Positions 46,601 through 58,591 are shown, counted from the stretch's first letter. The stretch is 64,000 nucleotides of DNA from Eledone cirrhosa (GCA_964016885.1 OZ024741.1:358732001-358796000); one strand, 5' to 3'. Notes: generated by a model not told the origin, from the sequence alone. Numbers and translations are program-made.

Positions 46601-48353
46601 TATACACTATATATATATGATCAGCAGTTAACATTTGTACTACCTGCTAACATATGTACATATACACTATATATATATGATTAGCATTTAACATCTGTAC
46701 TACCTGCTAACATATGTACATATACACTATATATATATGATCAGCAGTTAACGTCTGTACTACCTGCTAACATATGTACATATACACTATATATATATAT
46801 GTGATCAGCAGTTAATGTCTGTACTACCTGCTAACATATGTACATATACACTATATATATGATCAGCAGTTAACGTCTGTACTACCTGCTAACATATGTA
46901 CATATACACTATATATATATGATCAGCAGTTAACATCTGTACTACCTGCTAACATATGTACATATACACTATATATATATGATCAGCAGTTAACATCTGT
47001 ACTACCTGCTAACATATGTACATATACACTATATATATATGATTAGCAGTTAACATATGTACTACCTGCTAACATATGTACATATACACTATATATATGA
47101 TCAGCAGTTAATGTCTGTACTACCTGCTAGCATATGTACATATACACTATATATATATGATCAGCAGTTAATGTCTGTACTACCTGCTAACATATGTACA
47201 TATACACTATATATATGATCAGCAGTTAATGTCTGTACTAACTGCTAACATATGTACATATACACTATATATATATGATCAGCAGTTAACATCTGTCCTA
47301 CCTGCTAACATATGTACATATACACTATATATCTATGATCAGCAGTTAATGCCTGTACTACCTGCTAACATATGTACATATACACTATATATATATGATC
47401 AGCAGTTAATGTCTGTAATACCTGCTAACATATGTACATATACACTATATATATATGATCAGCAGTGAATATCTGTACTACCTGCTAACATATGTACACA
47501 TACACTATATATATATGATCAGCAGTTAACATCTGTACTAACTGCTAACATATGTACATATACACTATATATATATGATCAGCAATTAACATCTGTACTA
47601 CCTGCTAACATATGTATATATACACTATATATATATATATGATCAGCAGTTAACATCTGTACTCCCTGCTAACATATGTATATATACGCTATATATATAT
47701 ATGATCAGCAGTTAACGTCTGTACTACCTGCTAACATATTACATATACACTATATATATATATATATGATCAGCAGTTAATGTCTGTACTACCTGCTAAC
47801 ATATGTATATATACACCATATATATATGATCAGCAGTTAACATCTGTACTACCTGCTAACATATGTACATATACACTATATATATATATATGATCAGCAG
47901 TTAATGTCTGTACTACCTGCTAACATATGTACATATACACTATATATATGATCAGCAGTTAATGTCTGTACTACCTGCTAACATATGTACATATACACTA
48001 TATATATATGATCAGCAGTTGATATCTGTACTACCTGCTAACATATGTACATATACACTATATATATATGATCAGCAGTTAATGTCTGTACTACCTGCTA
48101 ACATATGTATATATACACTATATATATATATATGATCAGCAGTTGATGTCTGTACTACCTGCTAACATATGTACATATACACTATATATATACATATTAT
48201 CAGCAGTTAACATCTGTACTACCTGCTAACATATGTACATATACACTATATATATATGATCAGCAGTTAACATCTGTTCTACCTGCTAACATATGTACAT
48301 ATACACTATATATATATGATCAGCAGTTAATGTCTGTACTAACTGCTAACATA
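27560..48353. repeat. ~60-bp satellite array, block 4
   Basis: Same monomer; higher-order offsets of 1446 (29302/30748), 2124 (35576/37700), 1330 (38617/39947) and 2674 (42678/45352); variants GATTAGCAG, GTGTGTAC and GTGAATATC are concentrated here. Confidence 0.98.
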
Positions 48354-48769
48354 CATATACACACATTCTTACAGACAAATATATAAACATAAATTCAAAA
48401 ATATCTAAGATATTTAGTAGTGTGAATTAGTGATAGTATAAAATCAACAACAAAGGTGAGAAATTGATTTTTTTAAATATTTATTACATCAATATATTTT
48501 GTAAAAATGATATTTTTTTAATTTTAAATGAATGTCATAAAAATATCAATTATACAGAAGAAGGAATGAGGTTTTAAAAAAATATATTTTTTGGCAATAA
48601 GTTCTATGAAAAATATAGGGTTTAGTGTGTTTAAATGAAAACACCTACATATGAGTGTGTATGTACATACATGTGTGTGTGTATATTATATATATATATA
48701 TATATATTTGTGTATGTATATATATATGTATGTTTATATATATATAATCCTTTATAGAAAGCTAAGGCA

Positions 48770-49330
48770 GATTTTTTACTGATTGCAATGTCCGACTGCT
48801 AGAGGGTTGTGAGTGTTTAAAGGCATTTCATTTTCCAGGCACAACCTCTTGGTCTTTGCTTGACCTATGACTGCAGCTCTGTCAAAGAGACAAGTTGGGG
48901 AAATGTGTCTGGCAAACAGCAACCACACCTGTTCACTCTCAAGGAAAAGTTGGAGATGATGTAGCCTGAATGCATGTTCAGAAGATCCCGTTCCAGTCAC
49001 CAACTAACACTAAAGAGCAAGGCATTTCCAGCTGCCTGAAGAAATTTGGTTGTCCTGCCCCTATCAGGGCATAGATGGTAACTAGCCTCAAAACATGTCC
49101 AGCACCACTGATTTACCTTTTGAATCCAGGAAGGTGGTTCATATCACAAGATCCAGGCCCTTCCAAAACAACATAGCGGTTCTGTCTCCAAAGATGGGAG
49201 CGACTTGACCTTTACCATCCTTCTTTCTAAATAAGATGGATAGAGCACATGATTCTCACTCCGACAGGGTACCACAGGGTATTTAACAGCCAGAGCTTCT
49301 CTTTTAAAGAGCATTGAAATGCCTGCATAT
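48770..49330 (-). mobile_element. Degenerate L1/Tx1-type LINE, APE endonuclease fragment
   Basis: Minus strand ~48981-49097 reads LRLVTIYALIGAGQPNFFRQLEMPCSLVLVGDWNGIF, matching the IYAP and GDFN motifs of LINE APE domains; disrupted by stops. Confidence 0.65.
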
Positions 49331-49479
49331 TACCTGGCCCTCGCAATATGCTGAATATAGAGCATTACCTCTTTCAATGACAGTCTGATTTGCTGGCTCC
49401 AATTGTTTTGTTTGTGGACATGCATTTGTAGATGACAGGTTGTTGTTTTTTTTAGTGGTGGTGGTGGGGGGAGTCTGCT

Positions 49480-50850
49480 AATAACAAGGGATTAGGGTCT
49501 TAAAGGTGTTCAAAGTGATACCTACATATGCCTTTGTCAAATTGCTTGCTATGACATCACATTTATACATGATGTCATTTATCAGGCATTTTTGATCATG
49601 TGGGTAGTTGTTTTATTTGGGCCACCATGGGTTTTGGATGTTATCTTAGAAGTATTCATTTAAAAAATATTTATGTTTGTGATGTTTCTAGTTAAGATGT
49701 GGTGGAGTATGATAGCCTAATAGTATTTCTATTGAGGATGGTTTAATAATTTTTCTGTGGTGAGGTGTTTCTTGAATAAGAGGAAAAAAGTTTCTAGCTA
49801 TTGGTGTGAACACTGCTATGTTGAAAGAAGAGGGGGGGGGGGGGGGTTATACCAACATATGTGTCTATACCCATTTCAATTGGGGTATCTGGGTGTACTA
49901 ATCTATGTAGGTGACTTTTCCCTTAAAATTAACTATGGACTAGGGCTTCGTTATAGTAGGCAGTGACTCTCTAAAGATGTGCCTGTTGGCTAAGAGGCCT
50001 GAGATCCCAAGGGGTATATTCCCAATGAGGTTCAGAGTTATGCTGTGGTTGGTGTGTATGATGATGTATTTTAGGGATTCATTTTGTTTGTCGTAGGGGT
50101 AGTAAAAGGAGGTAGCCAAATCTAAGGTGACATTTAGGAAGCATGTCCTAGTAATGTTGGACTCTATTATTTTGAAACCTAAATTGTTAAAGAATGAGTG
50201 GAGATTTTTCTTAAACCCATCATTGCAGTATAGGCCTCCATTAATGCCAGTGAATAGAATCTTTAATTTGTGTAGTATGTATAGGCCAATGTGGTCGTTT
50301 ATCTCTGTTGAGTCATTTTCCCCATGCCTGACATCAAAGAGGGTGTCAGATTTCTTATTAATCCATGATCCTTCATCATTGGTGAGTATCTTGGCAAAGC
50401 CCAGTATGGGGCTCAGTGATCGAGTTGCATAAAGCAGGTGTTATGCTTGTTTGGTAGGTTACGGAACCACGTAATGATGTTTTACTCCATAGGGGAAGTG
50501 CCGAGGCTCTTCAAACTAGTGGTTAATCCAGTCCAGTAGCCTTTTGTTGATAGTTCCAATGTCCAAGCTGGTGGCGTTTATTAGTCATATAGAGGGCTTT
50601 CTGTCAAAGTTGGGCTTGTGGTCCTTCAGGGTAAAATGTTGGGGTTTCACCATAAGGTATTCAGTTGAGTCATTTACTTTTAGGGTTTTTGTGATCCTTT
50701 TACCCTCAGTGTTGATTTTATTTAAGGTATTGGAATTGAGTTTTTTGAGAATGCAGGTAATGGCATTGTTTGCAGGTTTGCTAAATCTATCATTTCCTGA
50801 AGCTCTTTCTTCAGGTAGGCCTGGAAGGTTACTTATGTTCATATATGGAA
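49480..50850 (-). mobile_element. Degenerate Penelope-like element (RT + GIY-YIG remnants)
   Basis: FTLKDHKPNF (Penelope RT start), FLNVTLDL..FYYPY, KCLINDIMYKCDV and YVGITLNTFK (GIY-YIG) on the minus strand; many stops and frameshifts. Confidence 0.8.
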
Positions 50851-51071
50851 CAAAGGTGCTACCCAAGGCTTCTCGGGCTAAATTTGACCATACCTCCAAA
50901 ATACCTATAGATATTGCTACACACACACGCATACATATATCTCACAAAACAAATTCAAAAGCAAATTATATATGTATATATATATATATATGAATATATA
51001 TATATATGTATGTGTGTATATATCAAAGAAAAAATGACGAAGTTTCATTTACATGTTTTTATTGATCATTA

Positions 51072-51164
51072 ACCTGTTATGTACGTTTCACTGATGACTG
51101 GCTCAAGGTCACCTATGGAAGATATGAACTCAACTTCAGCATCAATCAGCTCGTCAGAATTGGT
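51072..51164 (-). ncRNA. Degenerate type I hammerhead motif (pLTR relic)
   Basis: CTGACGA, stem II GCTGAT...ATCAGT, GAAA-CGTACA-TA; stem I is imperfect. An inverted partial copy at 51596-51640 keeps the palindromic GAAACGTACGTA. Confidence 0.55.
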
Positions 51165-51770
51165 GATTCAACAAAGAACAGTGTATGTTTTTCAGAGTTG
51201 GGTATATATAAACATTGGCCCTATTTTTTGTGTGGATGTGTGCATATGTAAGTGTTTGAGTGCATAAGTATACCCACTTGTGTGTGTTTATGCTTGTGTA
51301 CTTTTTTGTGAGTGTGATAGTTGTATGTTTGTGTGAGCATGGCTGTATGAGGACTAGAAAGGGTTGAAGATCAGCCAGGTGCCCATTATCAGGTATTGAC
51401 AGTCAAACATCACAATATTCAAAACAAGACAGAGGAACAATGAAGGGTTGGTGTGGAATTTGGTACTGATGTGCAGTAGTGTCAAGTTACAATTGCTTGT
51501 CAGGCAGCAGCAACAACATCAACAGCAACATTGACAATAACAGCAGCAACAGCGTCAACAACACAAAATGGATCAAGCTGTAATGCCAATAATCTGTGAA
51601 ACGTACGTAACAGGCTGATAATCAATAAAAACATGTAAATAAAAGTTCATGTTTTCTTTATTATTATATACACTCTGCCTGTACAACAAGTGCTCATATT
51701 GGTACCACCACCAGTAATTCACTGAATCACATATATTCACACACACACACATATATATATGTATACACAC

Positions 51771-51830
51771 ACGTCCTACCCTTGCAAGCAGGGAAAAGCG
51801 GACGTAAAATGAAATGAAATGAAATGATGA
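51771..51830 (+). mobile_element. RTE-type 3' tail fragment
   Basis: CCTACCCTTGCAAGCAGGGAAAAGCGGACGTAAAATGAAATG resembles the 3' end of the RTE at 10477-10525; a related inverted fragment sits at ~46-67. Confidence 0.55.
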
Positions 51831-52109
51831 CACATACATATATGTATATATGAATATGCCTATACATATAACAATTACCTTCAAACATCACCCCATGCTG
51901 CAACTGTTTTGTGGAATATTCCATATATATATTTAAGGAAGTGGTGTGTGTTATACCAACTAAAAATTATGAACATCCTTGATGAATATTAATAGTATAA
52001 TAAAATATAATGCAATATAAAATAATACAATATTTTAGGCATAGTGAGTAAAAATTTGTAAAATGTCATGTATGGAAGGAATCGATAGTTAAAAATAACT
52101 ATCATCCTC

Positions 52110-52132
52110 ATCTTATATATACACACACACAC

Positions 52133-52181
<49 letters not shown>

Positions 52182-52571
52182 CAATATATGTATATATATA
52201 TATGTGTATATATATATATACATGTATATATATATGTATATACATATATACATATGTATATATATATACATATACACATATATATATGTATATAAATATA
52301 TATACACACACATACATATACATGTATATATATGTATATACATATACATATATATAAATAATATATATATATAAAATATATATATATATAACCAAATTAA
52401 AAGATATATGTTTATATCTTTTAATTTCGTTATTATGGCTCTCGATAAAGTCTACTGAGCTAATTGAGAAACACAAAATTCTAAACATATTTGATATGTT
52501 TTGAATTAACATTTGTTGTTGTTGTATATATATATATATACATATATATATAATTATATATATATATAATA

Positions 52572-52636
<65 letters not shown>

Positions 52637-52640
52637 TGTA
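52110..52640. repeat. (TA)n / (TACA)n microsatellite complex
   Basis: Directly visible; source of the YIYI ORFs. Confidence 0.95.
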
Positions 52641-52930
52641 ATTTTGGTATGTTTATATACATTTTTTCTTCTAACTTTGATTTTATACCTAATTGTGTAT
52701 GGTTGACGATATATTTAATCGCTTCCCACGTGCTATTGGAAATGCTGGGTAAATATTCTATGGTTGTTGATCGCGAATAGATAGCTGTCGTTTATTTATC
52801 TATTATTTCTTCATAGGTGTCTTTTAATCTTATAGCCTGGTTTAATTGTTTTTTTTTGTGTGGTTGATTATGCTGATTGGGAGAGGAAATGGTGTATATA
52901 TTTTATCAAATGATTCTATGGACATACTTT

Positions 52931-52969
<39 letters not shown>

Positions 52970-53717
52970 GGAGTGTAATATGGAGTTACTGTAGGTTCAC
53001 CTGGGTGAGCACTCAATGTTTAGGTTCACTTCTGCTTCGAGGTGTAGTGCTAGACAGAGTGTCGTATAATAAAATAAAACAATGATGAGGTCATACTTTG
53101 CATATTTTAAGTTGTGATCATATCTTGGTTACCTCATTATCCGTGTCAGAATGCTGTATATATGTATTTCAGGATTCTTTAATTATTTTCAGTAGATGCT
53201 TAGCTTTTATGAATAGATTTTGTAATTGTAAACAAATGAATTTTGATGGCAACTTATATACATATAGTACAATCCTGACGAGCTAGTATTTGCACTGGGT
53301 AATTGCTGGCCTTGTGCCTAAAGTAGAAACAATTAATTAGTGCCAGAATTAATACAATGTGATTCAGAATAAATACATAAATGGAAGCATATACAGTATA
53401 ATAATATTTATTATACATAAACATATATATATAGTTTTGCTGTGAGTATTTTAAGCTGTAATCATATATCAGCTATCTCAGCACATTTATGTAATGCAAT
53501 CTTAAAATCCTCTGCGGTGAGACTACATGTGTTTATTATACATAAACATACAGTATATGGGTTCATATAAACCCTTTTTCACAACCATGTTGTGTTAGTG
53601 ACATCACTAATGAGTATTTTGTTTATATATATATGTGTGCGTGAGTCCGGGTTCAATCGCTGATTTCCTTCGAATGAAACAATTCTAGTCTTGTAGAAGA
53701 CATTCCTATATTAAATT

Positions 53718-53790
53718 TGTTATATATATATTTATATATATATTTATATATATTTATATATATATATTTATATATATATTTATATATATT

Positions 53791-53823
<33 letters not shown>

Positions 53824-53976
53824 TTATATATATATATTTATATATATTTATATATATATATATTTATATTTATATATATATATTTATATATATATATATT
53901 TATATATATTTATATATATATATTTATATATATTTATATATATATATATATTTATATATATATTTATATATATATT

Positions 53977-54007
<31 letters not shown>

Positions 54008-54183
54008 ATTTATATATATATATATATTTATTTATATATATATATATTTATTTATATATATATATATATTTATTTATATATATATATATTTATATATATC
54101 AGGTTTAGCGTCCGTGTTCCATGCTTGCATGGGTATATATATATTTATTTATATATATATATATTTATATATATTTATATATA
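53718..54183. repeat. (TA/TTTA)n microsatellite containing a 37-bp RTE 3' end at 54098-54134
   Basis: ATCAGGTTTAGCGTCCGTGTTCCATGCTTGCATGGGT matches 10487-10523 at 36/37. Confidence 0.9.
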
Positions 54184-54212
54184 GTTATGTAATAAACAAC
54201 ATAAGGCAATTA

Positions 54213-54270
54213 TTTCATTTACCAGTGGTTTCTTAAAAGCAAAAAAATTTTGCTTTCAATCAGAATGAAA
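54213..54270 (-). ncRNA. Hammerhead relic with a 3-nt core deletion
   Basis: Stem I TTTCATT/AATGAAA; CTGA lacking NGA; stem II TTGAAAGCAAAA/TTTTGCTTTTAA; GAAA-CCACTGG-TA. Confidence 0.55.
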
Positions 54271-54320
54271 AAATCCTGGCGTATATATATATATTTATAT
54301 ATATTTATATATTTATATAT

Positions 54321-54457
54321 ATTATTTCTGAAGACAGCATATATATGTGATGGTATGTATATTCTCTTTGATAGTTTGTATAATTTTGTACATAGATCTT
54401 TTGAATATGCATACCAATTCTAACACATATATGTCCTAGAAACGATCGTAAAATAAT
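54321..54457 (+). ncRNA. Type I hammerhead ribozyme with ~104-nt stem II
   Basis: Stem I ATTATTT/AAATAAT; CTGAAGA (54328-54334); stem II CATATATATGTG..TGGTATGTATATTC / GAATATGCATACCA..CACATATATG; GAAA (54439); palindromic stem III ACGATCGT; GUA site. The base of stem II is imperfect. Confidence 0.75.
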
Positions 54458-54549
54458 GAACTTTTTTTGTTTAATATAAGGAACTGTTTCTTTGTTTATT
54501 CATTATTTTTTTAATATTTTATATATTTATATATATATTTATATATATA

Positions 54550-54584
<35 letters not shown>

Positions 54585-54588
<4 letters not shown>

Positions 54589-54698
54589 AAAGTTTGTCCT
54601 TCATCAGTGATCTTCCAACTATCATAGGCATTTCATCGCTTTAAAGACCATATCATAGGCATTTCATTGCTTTAAAGACCATATTCATAGGCATTTCA
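54585..54698. repeat. 114-bp direct repeat flanking the Penelope element (second copy 58447-58560), with an internal 31-bp tandem
   Basis: GAAAAAAGTTTGTCC...GGCATTTCA is identical in both copies but for one base; TATCATAGGCATTTCATCGCTTTAAAGACCA repeated ~2.5 times. Confidence 0.95.
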
Positions 54699-55830
54699 TA
54701 TATATATATATATATTTATTTATAATATAAGATCAAAAGATGGTTAAAGGAGTTCCATATATTTTATTATGCGCATTTCAAAAACAAACATCATCAAGCA
54801 ATAATATTTGTGTTTTCATCAGATAAAACAGGAGAACATGATATGAAGGCTAAAAAACACTTGTGGATAGTGCAGTTTTAAATCAACATATGAAAAGTGG
54901 TTTTAGATTGATGTGTGATATTGGGAAAAATATTTTATTTAGAGAGGGGGGGGGGATGAAAAGGGAAGGAGATGAGAGGGAGAGATGGGTGATAGAGAGA
55001 AAGAGATAGTTTTTATAACTGAGGGGAGATATATTTTTTACATAGAGAGGTTGAAAACCGTTGGAAGATACTGTATAAATTAAAAATTTTGAAAATTAAC
55101 GAAGGGAGGATATGTGCGAGGAAAAAATATTTTATTTAGGGAGGGGGGGTGGAAAGGATGAAAAAAAGGGGGAGGAGATGAGAGTGAAGGTGGAGAGGGA
55201 GAGGTGGGTGATAGAGAGAAAGAGATAGTTTTTATAACTGAGAAAAAGATATATTGTTTTAATATAGAGAGGTTGGGAACCGTTGGAAGATAATGTATAA
55301 ATTAAAGGAATTTGAAAATTAACGAAGGGAAATTATGTATGAAGATAGAGAGAAAAAAATAATAATTGTGGGTGAATATTCTAACGTCAAAAGAAGAAAT
55401 GTATGTATTGTGGCAATTTCAAAATTAGCGAAGAGAAAAATTGTTAAGGTTTGTGTGTAGAAGGATTTGAGAAAAATAATGTGAAGTTAAAGTTTGTATA
55501 TTGATTGAATTGATAATATGTGCGAATAAAGAGTTAATATGTATTAATAATGAGTTCGTTGATGGGGAGAAAAAAATAATAATAAATTAAGGATGAAATT
55601 GAGATTAAAAAGATTTATGATAGAGAGAAAAAATAATAGTGATTGCGGATGAATATTGTAAAATCATAACAAATGTTATGATTTTACGAGAAGATAGAAT
55701 GAGGGTAATGAGTAAACGAGTATTATAGAGTGTATAATGCCCTTTAAAGTAAGGTAGATGGGTATATTTTAAAGAGGTGTATGTATATGTGCCTTTGAGA
55801 AAAGATTCTAAATTGATAAAGAATTGAATA

Positions 55831-57630
55831 TTAACTGTATACTTTGTGAAAAGTTCTATGGAATTTATGCAGGCAGATAGAAAACAAATCTGAGCGTCTA
55901 TTTATTATAGAATCTAGGTTAGAGATAATGGTAAATTTTTCATTTAGGCAGAGATTACAGATTTTAGATAGAGAGCTGTTCAAGTATGAGGATGCAGAAG
56001 AAATCTTCTTCCAAAAGATGGTATATTTAATGTTTTTGTCTTTTAAGGACCATATGAGTTCTGAGAGAGCAGTGTTAGTTCTTTTAAGTTTGTATTTGAA
56101 AGATGAATGATGATTATAGAGACGAGCTTTAAAAGAGGTGGAAGTGGAACCAAAATAGGTGAAGGAATTGGTGCTAGTTATAATTTTACATTCATAAATT
56201 AAGTTTTTATCGAGGCAATGGTTGTTGAGAGGACATTTATTTTTAATGCGGCAGTTGCAATTAGAGAGATTATTAATGAGTGATCTAGTGTTATCTATAG
56301 AAGGAATTGGATTGGAGAAGTTGTTTGCGATAGGAATAATAGGAATAATAGTTTCTTGATTTAGATTTGGATTATGAACATTTAGCGAAGTTGTGTTTGA
56401 CGTTGTATTTGGGTTTACAGAAGTTAGCCTAGGGTTTACAATGACGTCGGGAGTACTATTACTGTTATTATGAAATTCAATATTGGAAGGAAGAGATTTA
56501 GTATTTAATATTTTGTTGTTGTGTTTAGAGATGATGTTGGAAATATTGGAGGATGTAGAATACGAAAATTTGATGGTGTGTTTGTTAAATATTTTACTAT
56601 AGGTATGTGAGGGAGGGAAGCATTTATTTAAGGCACTAAAAAATAATTTAGGAATATTGTTATTAATAGAGATGGAGAAAGGAGCATTATACCAGATTAT
56701 GTTTTTGTATCTAGGTCTTTTATTAAAATTATTGGAATGGTCATGATTAATTATTCTACTGTAAGTTTTTCTAGAATTTGTTTCTTTATTATATTTGATT
56801 TTATCTGGATAGCCGGCTTTAGAAAGTGCGTTATTATAGTAATTGGCGTTAGCATCAAAGATGTTTTTATTAGAAGATATGTTAGATATTCTATTTCCAA
56901 TATTATTAACTATAGCATTCTTGATATTGGTAGGATGGTTAGATTTAAAGTTAACATAATTAAGGTTCTCATTGTTTTTATGGTAAGGGTAATATAGGCC
57001 AGTGTCAAGATTAAGAGATACATCCAAGAAATTAGCTAGTTTGATACTATTATCAAATTCAATTTTTAGGTTATGTTGGTTAAAGAGATTACGTATATTG
57101 TTCTTAATAATATTAAGTTTAACTATATTGCAATTTAGGATAGTAAAGAGTCCATCGTCACGATAAATTCCACCGCGAAGTTGAGGAATTTTCCGACTCA
57201 AAGAGTTCAAAATGAAGATACCAATTAAATCAGTCAATTGGGATGAATCGGATGCTCCCATTGTGATGTCGAAGTTGTTAGAGGTATCGGCTCTGGTCCA
57301 ATATTCGTTGTTGAACTCTAGGATGGTTTTACGTGCGGTGAGGATGATGTGAAATTCATCTGTGGTGATGTCAGAATATTTAAGTGCGAAAGATAGAGCA
57401 TTATTGAGAAGTGAAGGAGAAATGGAGGAATAGTAGCTGGCAATATCAAATTGAATAAATTTTAGTTTGTTTTTATTATCCAATTTGTTGAACCAGCCAA
57501 TCACTTCAGAAGTACCAAACCATAAATTTAGGTTTAAAGAAGAGCAATTAGAACTAACCTGTGGGATAATCCTATCCAAGATGGCTTTACTAACAACCCC
57601 CAGATCAGATTTAGAGGGGGCGATTAATCT
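55831..57630 (-). CDS. Penelope reverse transcriptase / GIY-YIG endonuclease (N-terminally truncated)
   Basis: RLIAPSKSDLG, QFDIASYYSSI, ITMGASDS, IYRDDGL, CNCR..CPL..C, LIYECKI...YFGST...FKARLYNH, CNLCLNEK; the frame stays open to ~57630, past the track's start at 57579. Confidence 0.92.
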   Translation of the reverse strand, partial: RLIAPSKSDLGVVSKAILDRIIPQVSSNCSSLNLNLWFGTSEVIGWFNKLDNKNKLKFIQFDIASYYSSISPSLLNNALSFALKYSDITTDEFHIILTARKTILEFNNEYWTRADTSNNFDITMGASDSSQLTDLIGIFILNSLSRKIPQLRGGIYRDDGLFTILNCNIVKLNIIKNNIRNLFNQHNLKIEFDNSIKLANFLDVSLNLDTGLYYPYHKNNENLNYVNFKSNHPTNIKNAIVNNIGNRISNISSNKNIFDANANYYNNALSKAGYPDKIKYNKETNSRKTYSRIINHDHSNNFNKRPRYKNIIWYNAPFSISINNNIPKLFFSALNKCFPPSHTYSKIFNKHTIKFSYSTSSNISNIISKHNNKILNTKSLPSNIEFHNNSNSTPDVIVNPRLTSVNPNTTSNTTSLNVHNPNLNQETIIPIIPIANNFSNPIPSIDNTRSLINNLSNCNCRIKNKCPLNNHCLDKNLIYECKIITSTNSFTYFGSTSTSFKARLYNHHSSFKYKLKRTNTALSELIWSLKDKNIKYTIFWKKISSASSYLNSSLSKICNLCLNEKFTIISNLDSIINRRSDLFSICLHKFHRTFHKVYS

Positions 57631-57960
57631 GATCTGGGGATTAATCTGATCTGGCGATTAATCCTCGCACATATCCTCCCTTCGTTAATTTTCAAAATTT
57701 TTAATTTATACAGTATCTTCCAACGGTTTTCAACCTCTCTATGTAAAAAAATATATCTCCCCTCAGTTATAAAAACTATCTCTTTCTCTCTATCACCCAT
57801 CTCTCCCTCTCATCTCCTTCCCTTTTCATCCTTCCCACCCCCCCTCTCTAAATAAAATATTTTTCCCAATATCACACATCAATCTAAAACCACTTTTCAT
57901 ATGTTGATTTAAAACTGCACTATCCACAAGTGTTTTTTAGCCTTCATATCATGTTCTCCT

Positions 57961-58029
57961 GTTTTATCTGATGAAAACACAAATATTATTGCTTGATGAT
58001 GTTTGTTTTTGAAATGCGCATAATAAAAT
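57961..58029 (+). ncRNA. Canonical type I hammerhead in the pLTR (mirror copy 54761-54829, minus)
   Basis: TTTTAT-CTGATGA-stem II-GAAA-TGCGCA-TA-ATAAAA; palindromic stem III ATGCGCAT, as known for PLE hammerheads. Confidence 0.88.
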
Positions 58030-58154
58030 ATATGGAACTCCTTTAACCATCTTTTGATCTTATATTATGCATACTCCAGTCCCACAAACTGTAGAGTGCT
58101 TCTTATCCGATATCTGCATTGCTTTATTGTACTACAATAAAACTCACCTCCTAC

Positions 58155-58559
58155 ATATATTTATTTATATATATATTTATAAATATATATATTTATATTT
58201 ATATATATATTTATGTTTACATATATATATATTTATATAAATTTATATATTTATATATATTTATATATATTTATATATGTATATATATTTATATATTTAT
58301 ATATATTTATATATATATATACATTTATATATATATATATATTTATATATATTTATATATTTATATATATTTATATATATATATTTATATATATATATTT
58401 ATATATATATATATATTTATATATATTTATATATATATATATATATGAAAAAAGTTTGTCCTTCATCAGTGATCTTCCAACTATCATAGGCATTTCATCG
58501 CTTTAAAGACCATATCATAGGCATTTCATCGCTTTAAAGACCATATTCATAGGCATTTC

Positions 58560-58591
<32 letters not shown>

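Larger units (their letters stand above)
54723..58152 (-). mobile_element. Penelope-like element, 5'-truncated, with inverted pseudo-LTR
   Basis: Uninterrupted RT-GIY-YIG ORF; 3' pLTR 54723-55122 recurs inverted at 57662-58067, with unique sequence continuing to ~58152; a hammerhead sits in each copy. Confidence 0.93.

Noticed and set aside
428-47468. Repetitive ORFs (DQQLTSVLPANICTYTLYIY)n, up to 297 aa at 29718-30611
   Set aside because: A 60-bp monomer has one stop-free frame by chance; 2-bp TA slippage breaks the frame constantly, so there is no sign of coding constraint.
63-48353. Satellite as a CRISPR array
   Set aside because: No unique spacers, only TA-length variation; no cas genes; eukaryotic context.
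54585-54625. CTGATGA on the minus strand of the 114-bp duplicated block
   Set aside because: Truncated by the TA tract; no downstream GAAA/stem III, so not a complete ribozyme.
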